In this document: piece by piece, positions 18,939 to 26,927 of the stretch
Position numbering within the stretch: position 1 is the first letter of the stretch
Layout: the number at the start of each line of letters is the position of its first letter
NCBI GenBank assembly: GCA_040752415.1
Contig: JBFMGU010000056.1
Location: forward strand, 1-47,147
From: Myxococcota bacterium
GTDB taxonomy: Bacteria > Myxococcota > JACRCW01
DNA length: 47,147 bases
Direction of reading: 5' to 3'
The notes under the pieces: model-generated
Seen by the model: only the letters and a program-made list of their open reading frames with translations
Database searches by the model: none
What the model was told of the DNA's origin: nothing
Program-made: the position numbers and the translations under genes

Positions 18939-20789
18939 TCAGCGTGAGACGGTGCGGAACGCGAAGAAGAAGAGGTCCGCGCTGCTCTCGGAAACCTTGG
19001 TGTTGGTGGCCTGCTCTCCCAGCACGCCGCCGCTCAGCATGATCTGACCGGATGGGAACACCGTGGAGGCATAGCGCGTCCGCACGTGCTTGTACTGCAC
19101 CGGCTGGAAGCCCGCGGCGTCGCGACGCTCCAGCAGGTCCCCCGCGATGATGGGCACCGGCTCGGTGGCGGGGGTGGTGGGCTTCTCGCAGTTGTCGTTG
19201 CTGCACTTCCCGCCGGCCAGCAGCGCCATCATCTTGCCGTTGGGCAGGAGGAAGGCCTGGTGGTCGTAGCGGGGCAGCGTCAGGGTGGGTCCCGGCGCCA
19301 TGGCGGCCACGGAGCCCACGCCCAGCTTGTAGATGACCGTGCTGCCCGTGTGGATGTTTGTCGCGGGACACGTCCCGTCCGACTCCACGCTGGTGCAGCC
19401 ACCGGTGAGCAGCACGCACTCCGACTCGGGGCTGTCGCTCACGAGCAGGGAGCAGTCGCTCTCGGGCAAGGCCACCGCCGCAGCACGGGTAACGCGGTCC
19501 AGGCCCAGGTCCAACACGGTCTGCACCAGCCAGGCCTGCCCACCCAGGCGGCGGATCATCTCCACCTCGGCCGCGGGGCTGGTTCCGTCGTCACCGCCGG
19601 CCACGATGATGATGTCCCCGCCAGAGAAATCAATGGCGGTGGCGGTGTGGAACGCGCGCGCCTTGGCCAGCACGCCGCCCTGCACGGTGGTGAAACGGAC
19701 GGCGCCGTCGGCGCCCACCGTGACCTCGTCAATCGCGCTGACGCGCGGCTGGCCGCCGCTGCAATTGTCGCCGGCGGCGGGGCACATGCCCTGGAGCACC
19801 TGCGCCTTGCTGAGGTCCCCCACGCAGCCGCAGCCGCCGGTGATGAGCACGCGGTCGCCGCGCTTGGTCAGCGTGGCCTGGTGGTGGAAGCGACGGTTCT
19901 GGAAGCCCTCCGTCACGCCGAGCTGGGTCACCTCGATGTCGCCGTTGTCGTTCGCGGTGAGGCGGAAGGAAACCGCGAGCGGCTGCACCGCATCACCATT
20001 GCCACTGGAGCCAATGCCGCCCACCACCAGCACGCTGCCGTCGGGGAGCGCGGTGGCGGTGTGGAAGGCGCGCTGCATCAGGTTGAACAGGCTGGCGTTG
20101 GCACCGCCGCCCGGGAGACGCAGCTCCGTCACCTGGGCGAACGTGCCGGTGTTCGGGTCGTACAGCTCGATGGCGCGGTCGCGCGGGACGAAGGTCTCAC
20201 TGCCGTCCGCCGCATAGGTGAGGCCACCAACGATGACGACCTTGCCGGCCTGCCCCAGGAACGTGGCGGTGTGGCCGTGGCGACCCGTCATCAGGGTGCT
20301 GCACTGGGCGCTGGCGGCGTCGGTGGTGCCGCCAAAGGAGTGCAACCGCCCCATGGTGAGGTTCACGGTGGTGTTCTGGCCGTCCGGGTACTGACGCGCG
20401 GGCAGCGGGGAGGCGGGGAACGCCTTGCTGTCCTGGTAGCTCTTCAGGTTCAGCGGCGTGCTGGCGCCGGAGGAGACCGGGGTGGCCGAGGTGTCATTGC
20501 CGGCAAACCCATTCACGAACACTTCCGTGCCGTCGGAAATCTCCAGGCCGCCCACCGTGGCGCTCTTGTCGCCCTTCTTGGCGCTGATGGACTTGGGCTC
20601 CTCATCCGGCGTCTGGGCAATGAGCTGCATGGTCTCCACGCCATCCAGCGCCTTGGGGTCGGCGTCGCACGCCTCCACGACCTTGAGGTTGACGGTGATC
20701 TTGGGGCTGAGGCTGAACTGCTCACACCCCGCCGCCAGGGCCAGGGCGCTCAGCAGAGAGACGCTGCAAAGGGAAAGGTGCTTGGACAT
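18939..20789 (-). CDS. Kelch/galactose-oxidase-type beta-propeller lipoprotein
   Basis: Lipobox LAAG-C; repeats RHGHTAT..VVIVGG, RAFHTAT..VLVVGG, RFHHQAT..VLITGG. GTG at 20801 is an alternative start. Confidence 0.85.
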   Translation of the reverse strand: MSKHLSLCSVSLLSALALAAGCEQFSLSPKITVNLKVVEACDADPKALDGVETMQLIAQTPDEEPKSISAKKGDKSATVGGLEISDGTEVFVNGFAGNDTSATPVSSGASTPLNLKSYQDSKAFPASPLPARQYPDGQNTTVNLTMGRLHSFGGTTDAASAQCSTLMTGRHGHTATFLGQAGKVVIVGGLTYAADGSETFVPRDRAIELYDPNTGTFAQVTELRLPGGGANASLFNLMQRAFHTATALPDGSVLVVGGIGSSGNGDAVQPLAVSFRLTANDNGDIEVTQLGVTEGFQNRRFHHQATLTKRGDRVLITGGCGCVGDLSKAQVLQGMCPAAGDNCSGGQPRVSAIDEVTVGADGAVRFTTVQGGVLAKARAFHTATAIDFSGGDIIIVAGGDDGTSPAAEVEMIRRLGGQAWLVQTVLDLGLDRVTRAAAVALPESDCSLLVSDSPESECVLLTGGCTSVESDGTCPATNIHTGSTVIYKLGVGSVAAMAPGPTLTLPRYDHQAFLLPNGKMMALLAGGKCSNDNCEKPTTPATEPVPIIAGDLLERRDAAGFQPVQYKHVRTRYASTVFPSGQIMLSGGVLGEQATNTKVSESSADLFFFAFRTVSR

Positions 20790-20797
20790 GATGCGCC

Positions 20798-22510
20798 TCA
20801 CCAGGTTGCCTTGACCTCGGCGGTCTGCGCTGGAGTCAGGAAGATGTAGCCACTCACGCCGCCACCCACGAGGCCCGCGGTCACCGCAACCAGTACCACC
20901 GCCACCACCGCGGCAGCGCCGGCACCGGCCACGCCGAGGACGACGGGGTTGCGCCAGATGGGCGTGGAGGCCTTGTAGTCGTCCTTGGTGGTGGTGGGGC
21001 CCTTGCGCTTGTCGTCGCCCAGGCGCGCGGCCTTGGCGGCCTTCTCCTCCTCACCACCAATCGCCACGCGGCTGCCCTCGTCGTCACCCTTGCGCGCCAC
21101 GGCCTTGCCCGCCGCTTCGGGGATGGCCGGACCCACGTCCACCTCGGTGATGCCGGGGCCGGACGCGGCCTCCACGCCGCGGACAATCGGAACCGCGCCG
21201 GGGGGAACGGTGTCGCCAAAGTCCTTCACGCGGGAGCCCACCTCCTCGACGAGCTTGAAGGCCTCCACCGCGGCGCTGAGCAGGTCCGCGTCCAGCTCCA
21301 GGTCCACCAGCCGGCCCGCGGCACCGTCGTGGGTGCGGACGATGAAGGTGTGCACGTTGATGGTGTTCTCACCCTTGCGCACGCCGCCAAAGAGCACGAA
21401 CTCCGCGCCGTGCTTCTTGCCGAGCTGGCGGGCGGCGGAGAGTGCGGCGTCGTCGACGAGGTTGTTGGACACCGCCTGCGCCACGGGCCCCAGGGAGGCT
21501 TCCCCGGCGTTGCCGCCACCCAGGTCCGCGGTGACGTCCTGCGTCTTCTCGCTGGGCACGTCCACGGTGGCCCCGAACGTCCCCGCGCCGTCCTTCACCA
21601 CGCGCAGGTAGTGGGCGCCGGGCACCACGTTGGTGAGCATGAGGGGAACCGCGCCCACGCTCTTGCCGTCGAAGAACACCTCCGCGCCGGGCACGGTGGC
21701 CTCCACGCGCAGCTTGCCGCGGGGCACGCGCAGGGTCTTGCGCCACTGCTGGTCATACACCCGCAGGAACAGCGGCCAGTATTCCTTGGGGTCCGGCTTG
21801 AACTCCGGGTCCAGGCGCGCGGCCTGCGCCATCTGCGCCATGGACTCCTCCTCCAGGCCACGACGCCAGTACGCCACGGCGAGGTTGAGGTGCGCGTCGC
21901 GGATGGGCGCCACGTCGGTGACGGCGGGGGCGGCGGCGTCAAAGGACTTCAGCGCTTCCGTCAGCGACTTGATGGCCGGGTCGAACTTGAGCTTCTTGAC
22001 CTGGTTGGCGCCGGTGTTGGACAGCTTCAACCCGCGGTCCAGCGCGGCCTTGGCCTTGTCCTGCTCCTCGCTGTTCACCTCACCGCCGCTCTCGGCCTGC
22101 TCACCGCCGCCCTCACCTGCACCTTGGACCAGGGCCAGGGTGTCCGCGTTGCCGAGCTCACTGGAGATGACGTTGGTGACCTGCGCGCACAGCTCCGGCG
22201 CCGCCTGGCGCGCAATGGGCTGGTACGGGAGCAGGTAGACCTTGGTCTTCTCCACGGTGGCGCGCGGCGCGGGCTCCGGCGTGGGCGCCAGGTCCTCGGG
22301 CGGCGCTTCCTTGGCCTTGGGTGCCTTCTCCGGCGCCAGCGAGGGCTTCTCCGGCAGCTTGGTGGCCGGCTTGTCCGTCTCCGGCTCTTCAAGGGGCTCC
22401 TCGTCGAGGGGCGGCTCACCGTCTTCCTGCGCGTGCGCCACGGACCCGAGCAGCAGCGCGGTGCCCAGGCAGAGGATGGTTCCCAGTCGGGATGGGTTCT
22501 TGATGCGCAT
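20798..22510 (-). CDS. Exported PEGA-domain protein with TPR-like region and C-terminal TM
   Basis: Signal peptide (AHA|QE), helical TPR-like region, PEGA (TVPGAEVFFDGKSVGAVP...PGAHYLRV), C-terminal hydrophobic helix after PIWRNP. Confidence 0.82.
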   Translation of the reverse strand: MRIKNPSRLGTILCLGTALLLGSVAHAQEDGEPPLDEEPLEEPETDKPATKLPEKPSLAPEKAPKAKEAPPEDLAPTPEPAPRATVEKTKVYLLPYQPIARQAAPELCAQVTNVISSELGNADTLALVQGAGEGGGEQAESGGEVNSEEQDKAKAALDRGLKLSNTGANQVKKLKFDPAIKSLTEALKSFDAAAPAVTDVAPIRDAHLNLAVAYWRRGLEEESMAQMAQAARLDPEFKPDPKEYWPLFLRVYDQQWRKTLRVPRGKLRVEATVPGAEVFFDGKSVGAVPLMLTNVVPGAHYLRVVKDGAGTFGATVDVPSEKTQDVTADLGGGNAGEASLGPVAQAVSNNLVDDAALSAARQLGKKHGAEFVLFGGVRKGENTINVHTFIVRTHDGAAGRLVDLELDADLLSAAVEAFKLVEEVGSRVKDFGDTVPPGAVPIVRGVEAASGPGITEVDVGPAIPEAAGKAVARKGDDEGSRVAIGGEEEKAAKAARLGDDKRKGPTTTKDDYKASTPIWRNPVVLGVAGAGAAAVVAVVLVAVTAGLVGGGVSGYIFLTPAQTAEVKATW

Positions 22511-22718
22511 GGATGCCAGACGCCTCCGGCCCAAAGGGGGCCAGCAGGGGGAGCGGGTTGCTAACACGTGCCCCGCATGGGGTGGAAGTGCTTGTGACAG
22601 AGCCAGTTTAGGCGACGTGGCCGTGGTTTCCAGAAATGGTCCGGTGGGTCAAGCGGGCGGGTTGGTCACGTCGGAAGGCGGCATTGCATGGGTTCCTCCG
22701 CGACGGCATCATCCGGCC

Positions 22719-23333
22719 ATGGTTGTCGCGCGAACCGCAGAGTCCGAGGCCGGGCCGCCCGAGGGCGTGGACCAGGTCGTGGTCATGCACAAGGTTCCCT
22801 GGGAGGTCTACGCATCGCTGCGCGAAGCCGTCGCCGAGAGCGGGGGCGTCCGTATGACGTACCTCGACGGAACCCTGGAAATCATGAACCCTTCCCGTCG
22901 TCACGAACACCAGAAGAAGTTCCTGGCACGCCTTATGGAGGCCTACGGCGACGAGCTGCGGATCCCGCTCCTGGGTTTCGGCTCCGAGACGTTCAAGGAC
23001 AAGGCGAAGAAGGCCGGGCTGGAACCCGACGAGTGCTACTGTGTTGGAACCGAGAAGGAACTGCCCGACTTTGCGGTCGAGGTCGCCCTCAGGAGCGTGG
23101 GGCCCCGGAAGCTCGAGGTGTACGCGCGGCTGCGCATTCCGGAAGTGTGGCTCTCCATGAAGAGCGGCCTGCACATCTACAGGCTTGTCGACGACGACTA
23201 CGAGGAGGTTCCTCGCAGCGCGCATCTCCCGGACCTGGACCCACAGGTGCTTGGGCGCATTGTCTCGACGACGCCAAGAGCCGAGCAGGCCAAAGCGGTG
23301 TGGGCGTTCCGGGACGGATTGCGGCAACGCTGA
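22719..23333 (+). CDS. Uma2/DUF820 family PD-(D/E)xK-fold protein
   Basis: VPWEVY, RMTYLDGTLEIMNPS..HE, LEPDECY, AVEV, YARLRIPEVW. Start ATG 22719; the ORF-track start is too far upstream. Confidence 0.88.
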   Translation: MVVARTAESEAGPPEGVDQVVVMHKVPWEVYASLREAVAESGGVRMTYLDGTLEIMNPSRRHEHQKKFLARLMEAYGDELRIPLLGFGSETFKDKAKKAGLEPDECYCVGTEKELPDFAVEVALRSVGPRKLEVYARLRIPEVWLSMKSGLHIYRLVDDDYEEVPRSAHLPDLDPQVLGRIVSTTPRAEQAKAVWAFRDGLRQR

Positions 23334-24227
23334 TCAGTCCTCAGGATGGGACAGCCGCACCATGGCGCGACCGGCACTCCCCTTGGCGCGCAGCGTCTCC
23401 AGCAGTTCCTCGGTCTCCGCGTAGAGCAGCGCTTCCAATCGCTCGCGGTCCGCCTCCGGCAACGCTGCCGCCTCGCCGAAGAGCGTGCGAGCGTCCGAGG
23501 GCGCGGGCCGGTCGCGGAAGGCCTTGCGGACGCGCGCTTCCATGACGGCGGTTCCGTCGGCCCACGTGGGGAACGGCGGTTGCGGCCGCGCGGCCAGCGC
23601 ATCCCTCCGGCGCAGCTCGGCACGACCCGGGCCCACCACGTACGCGCTCACCGGGAGCGTCCCCCGCAGTGCTTCCGGCATGACCTCCGCCTGGTGCGCA
23701 TCCAGCAACCGCACGACGACACCCAGCCCGTTCTCTGCCGCGGGCCGCAGCATGTCCGCGAGCAGGGGCGTGGCCACCTCCGCGTCGCCAAACACGCCCA
23801 TCTCCACGGACGTGGCACCCGCGTCCATGGCTGCCATCACCGCCACGCGCGCGTGGTCGACGAGCGACTCATCCTCCGCGTCGACGACGCCGAGGCGCGC
23901 GTGGATGACCCAGGGCCCCAGGAACGCCGCCTGACGCGCCAGCTCCAGCACCTGCCCCACCGCCTCGTGCAGACCGGCGGAACGGGCGCGCTCGGACGCA
24001 TCCACGCCGTCGACGGCCACCGCCAGCGGAGCATCCACGCCCTGCGCCGCGCGGAAACACGCCGGCAGGTAGGGCCCCAGCGCGGCGGGCACCTCCAGGA
24101 GCGGCGCGGTGAGCGCGGGGAGCAGGTCCACGGGAGAGAGCGGCAGCAGCGCCTCGTCGGGGAACAGGCGCGGTCGAACGCTGGCAGGCCGCAGGCTCAG
24201 CATCCGCTCGACATCAATGACGTCCAT
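23334..24227 (-). CDS. Degenerate class II fructose-bisphosphate-aldolase-like protein
   Basis: RP..V...FP N-terminus and VIHARL...AMDAGATSV resemble deltaproteobacterial class II aldolases (IHADH...AG.TS), but the HxDH motif is lost. GGAGG RBS. Confidence 0.5.
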   Translation of the reverse strand: MDVIDVERMLSLRPASVRPRLFPDEALLPLSPVDLLPALTAPLLEVPAALGPYLPACFRAAQGVDAPLAVAVDGVDASERARSAGLHEAVGQVLELARQAAFLGPWVIHARLGVVDAEDESLVDHARVAVMAAMDAGATSVEMGVFGDAEVATPLLADMLRPAAENGLGVVVRLLDAHQAEVMPEALRGTLPVSAYVVGPGRAELRRRDALAARPQPPFPTWADGTAVMEARVRKAFRDRPAPSDARTLFGEAAALPEADRERLEALLYAETEELLETLRAKGSAGRAMVRLSHPED

Positions 24228-24288
24228 GACGCAACCCTCCGCAGGGGCGGCGACCATCCTCAACCCCCGCCCGACGGTCAAGCGTTGG

Positions 24289-24894
24289 TCACGCGCCGGA
24301 AAGAATGGACTTCACCGTGCCGAAGTCGCCCTCGTGCACGGAGCCCACGCGCACGCAGCGCAGGTTGCCCGCGGGGTCCACCAGCACGTGCACCGGGATG
24401 GGAGAGCCCTTGTCGACGCCGACGGAATCCAGGAACACCGGCAGGTCCGCCACCGCACGCATCCATGTCACGCGCCCGGGCATCGGTTTCTGCAGCGCCT
24501 TGGTGAGCTCAGCCTGATCCTCGTCGACACTCACCAGATCCACCTGCAGGTTGATGCCGTCCTTGGCCAGCGTGTCCTTCCACTTCTGCAAGAGCGGCAA
24601 CTCCTCCATGCACGGCAGACACCACGTGGCCCAGAGATTCACCCAGCGCCAGCCCTGCCCGCTCGTCGTGGGCGCGGCACCGGGGATGGGGCGCTCCGGC
24701 GGGGGCGCGTACTTGCGCGTGCCGTCACCCTGGCCCGGATAGGCCTTCTCACAGAACGAGCGCAGCGCACCCTCGGCGGGAGCACTTTTCACCGCGGCAA
24801 AGCGGCCAGGCGCCGGCCCGGAGGGCTTGTTGTCCTCGCAGGCCAGCAGGGAGAGCAGCAGCAGGGGAAAGGTCAGATGGCGCAATCGATCCAC
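24289..24894 (-). CDS. TlpA-family thioredoxin-like lipoprotein
   Basis: Lipobox LLA-C; VNLWATWCLPCMEELP; VSVD; IPVHVLVDPAG. GTG start inferred. Confidence 0.88.
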   Translation of the reverse strand: MDRLRHLTFPLLLLSLLACEDNKPSGPAPGRFAAVKSAPAEGALRSFCEKAYPGQGDGTRKYAPPPERPIPGAAPTTSGQGWRWVNLWATWCLPCMEELPLLQKWKDTLAKDGINLQVDLVSVDEDQAELTKALQKPMPGRVTWMRAVADLPVFLDSVGVDKGSPIPVHVLVDPAGNLRCVRVGSVHEGDFGTVKSILSGA

Positions 24895-25553
24895 GCGACA
24901 AACGCGCTCCGGTTGATGTCCTTGGCAGTGCACTCACCCCCGCGACTGCGCGTCCAGGCGCAGAACTCGTCGGTGAGCTGTGCAAACTCTTCTCCCAGCC
25001 ACAAGAGCCCCACCTCCTTGCGGATGTCGGGGTCCTGGAACCTGGTCTCAAGGTGCTGCAGCACGGCCTGCGCGCGCTCCTGGCTCAGCTCCTGGTTGCG
25101 CTCGGCATTTCCGTCGGGGCTGGCGCGGGAGACCACGAAGAAGAAGCTGGCGCCGCGCTGGTCGCTCCACGCCTTCTCCACGAGTTGCTGGCCGGGCTCA
25201 TCCAGGGCGCCGGTGTCGGCGTCGAACTGGATGATGGAGGCGCGGTGGTTGAGCGGCTTGAACAGCGCGTTGAAGTCGTCACCGGAGAGCGCGGCCACGT
25301 TCTTGGCGTCGGTGGGCTTGCACCCGCGCGCGCCGCCCTCGAGGAGACCACACGCGCCGGCCACGCGTCGCAGGATCTGCTTGAGCTGCGGAGAGCAATA
25401 CGCATCCTCCGACGCACTGGCGATGGCCACGCCGCTGGCGGCCTGCTCCGCGTTGTCCAGCCGCGCCTGCGCGTTGCGCAGCCACACGGTCACGAGGATG
25501 GCGGGAAGGATCAGGAGCCCAACGAGGAGCCCCACGTAACGTCCGTTCATCAC
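24873..25553 (-). CDS. Membrane-anchored Cys-rich OmpA-like C-terminal domain protein
   Basis: N-terminal TM; IQFD, RASPDGNAERNQELSQERAQAV, final NRS; six Cys. Confidence 0.8.
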   Translation of the reverse strand: MMNGRYVGLLVGLLILPAILVTVWLRNAQARLDNAEQAASGVAIASASEDAYCSPQLKQILRRVAGACGLLEGGARGCKPTDAKNVAALSGDDFNALFKPLNHRASIIQFDADTGALDEPGQQLVEKAWSDQRGASFFFVVSRASPDGNAERNQELSQERAQAVLQHLETRFQDPDIRKEVGLLWLGEEFAQLTDEFCAWTRSRGGECTAKDINRSAFVAWIDCAI

Positions 25554-26821
25554 TTCTTCCCTCCCTTCCCCGTCGACTTGCCTGGATCCGCGAGCATGGC
25601 GGCCAGCGTGTACTCCAATCCCAGGTCGGTGTCCTCGTCGCAGACGCGGCGGTCACCCACGAAGAGCTGCGGCGTCAGCACCGGGAGCGCATTGGCCACC
25701 GCCCAGCGCAGGCTCTTGTTCACCTTGTTCTTGATGGCGGCGCTGCCCACGCACCCCTTCACCTTGGGGAACACCTCGCCCAGTCGACGACGCAGCTTGG
25801 CTTCATCCTTCGCGGCCTCCCCGCGCAGCTCCTCCTGGTGCTCGAAGGCCCAGGCGAGGATCTGGTCGGCGCCGTCCTTGTCACACAGCATGGCCTCGCT
25901 CACCGCGCACGCACCCGGGTGCAGGCTCTCCTTCACCATCCAGTTGCAGCTGGCGTCGAGCGGGAAGAGCACCGCGTTCAGGCTGAGCTTGCCGACGAGG
26001 CCGCTGGTGTCCAGCCGGTCCTCGAACGCCTTGCACGCGGGACACAGCGGGTCCAGCACCGCCACCGCGGGCGTCCCACCCTTCCCCGACGAGAGCGGCA
26101 CCATGATCCCGTGCGGATCATCCTTCTTGGCCAGCGTGCCGCAGCCCTTGAGGCTCTTGTCGCTCGTCGGGACGGCCACCATGTAGAGCACCGTCATCAC
26201 CGCCACGTACAGCACGCCTTCACCGAACCAGCGCGCGTAGGGCGGGCCGCTGGGGTCGTAACCGTGCTCCTCCGGCAGCTTGAGATGCGCCGCCAGCGCC
26301 AGGCCGAACGACGTCATCGACGCGAGATAGACGCCCACGCACAGCTTGCACATGGCGCCCACCTTCACCGCGGCCAGCGTGCCGTAGATGAGGCTCATCA
26401 TCAGCGGCAGGCCCGTGGCAGCGACGAGGAACAACGTCTCCTTGCGTCGCAGCGAGGGGCGGAGGGCGAACTCCGTGGAGCGGAAGATGAGATACGCGAA
26501 CACCGCCAGCGCCCAGAGGCTGATGGGCAACCCGCCCCACATGCTCTCGCGGAAGAGCGAGGAGTACGGGCTCATCATCACCGTGCGACACCCGCTCTCG
26601 CCGAGCTCCGCGCCCGCGCCGGGGATGAACGAGCAGTGAATCTGGTGCACCTGCCGGTCGAGGTGGTTGACGAAGTCCGACGTGGAGAGACCCGCGAAGA
26701 TGGCGCCCAGCCCCGACGCACCCGCGACGCCGAAGAGCAGCCCCTTGATGGGGTTGTCGGCGCGCACGGGCGGCTTGGAGCCGGAACGGTCGTCCTCGTA
26801 GATGATGGGGTATTCGCTCAT
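25550..26821 (-). CDS. VKOR-family protein fused to a DsbA-like thioredoxin domain
   Basis: Loop Cys pair (IHCS...SGCRTVMMSPYS), membrane CKLC, then DPLCPAC, LDASCN and the VLTP cis-Pro motif. Confidence 0.88.
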   Translation of the reverse strand: MSEYPIIYEDDRSGSKPPVRADNPIKGLLFGVAGASGLGAIFAGLSTSDFVNHLDRQVHQIHCSFIPGAGAELGESGCRTVMMSPYSSLFRESMWGGLPISLWALAVFAYLIFRSTEFALRPSLRRKETLFLVAATGLPLMMSLIYGTLAAVKVGAMCKLCVGVYLASMTSFGLALAAHLKLPEEHGYDPSGPPYARWFGEGVLYVAVMTVLYMVAVPTSDKSLKGCGTLAKKDDPHGIMVPLSSGKGGTPAVAVLDPLCPACKAFEDRLDTSGLVGKLSLNAVLFPLDASCNWMVKESLHPGACAVSEAMLCDKDGADQILAWAFEHQEELRGEAAKDEAKLRRRLGEVFPKVKGCVGSAAIKNKVNKSLRWAVANALPVLTPQLFVGDRRVCDEDTDLGLEYTLAAMLADPGKSTGKGGKK

Positions 26822-26927
26822 GGGTTCCTGCAGCGTTGCGCTGGGGTGTGGGACGCTTCATCAGACTTGTGGCGGATGCGAGCCCGTCGCCACAAGCGGT
26901 GGAGGTGCTCAAGTCATGGGCTCAGGC

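Noticed and set aside
22719..23333. Uma2 gene as a defence or mobile system
   Set aside because: A solitary member of a family commonly expanded in myxobacteria, with no partner genes or flanking repeats seen.
26866..26896. Intrinsic terminator between the flavo-ferredoxin and VKOR genes
   Set aside because: A 9-bp stem (CTTGTGGCG/CGCCACAAG) exists but has no U-tract on the coding strand.
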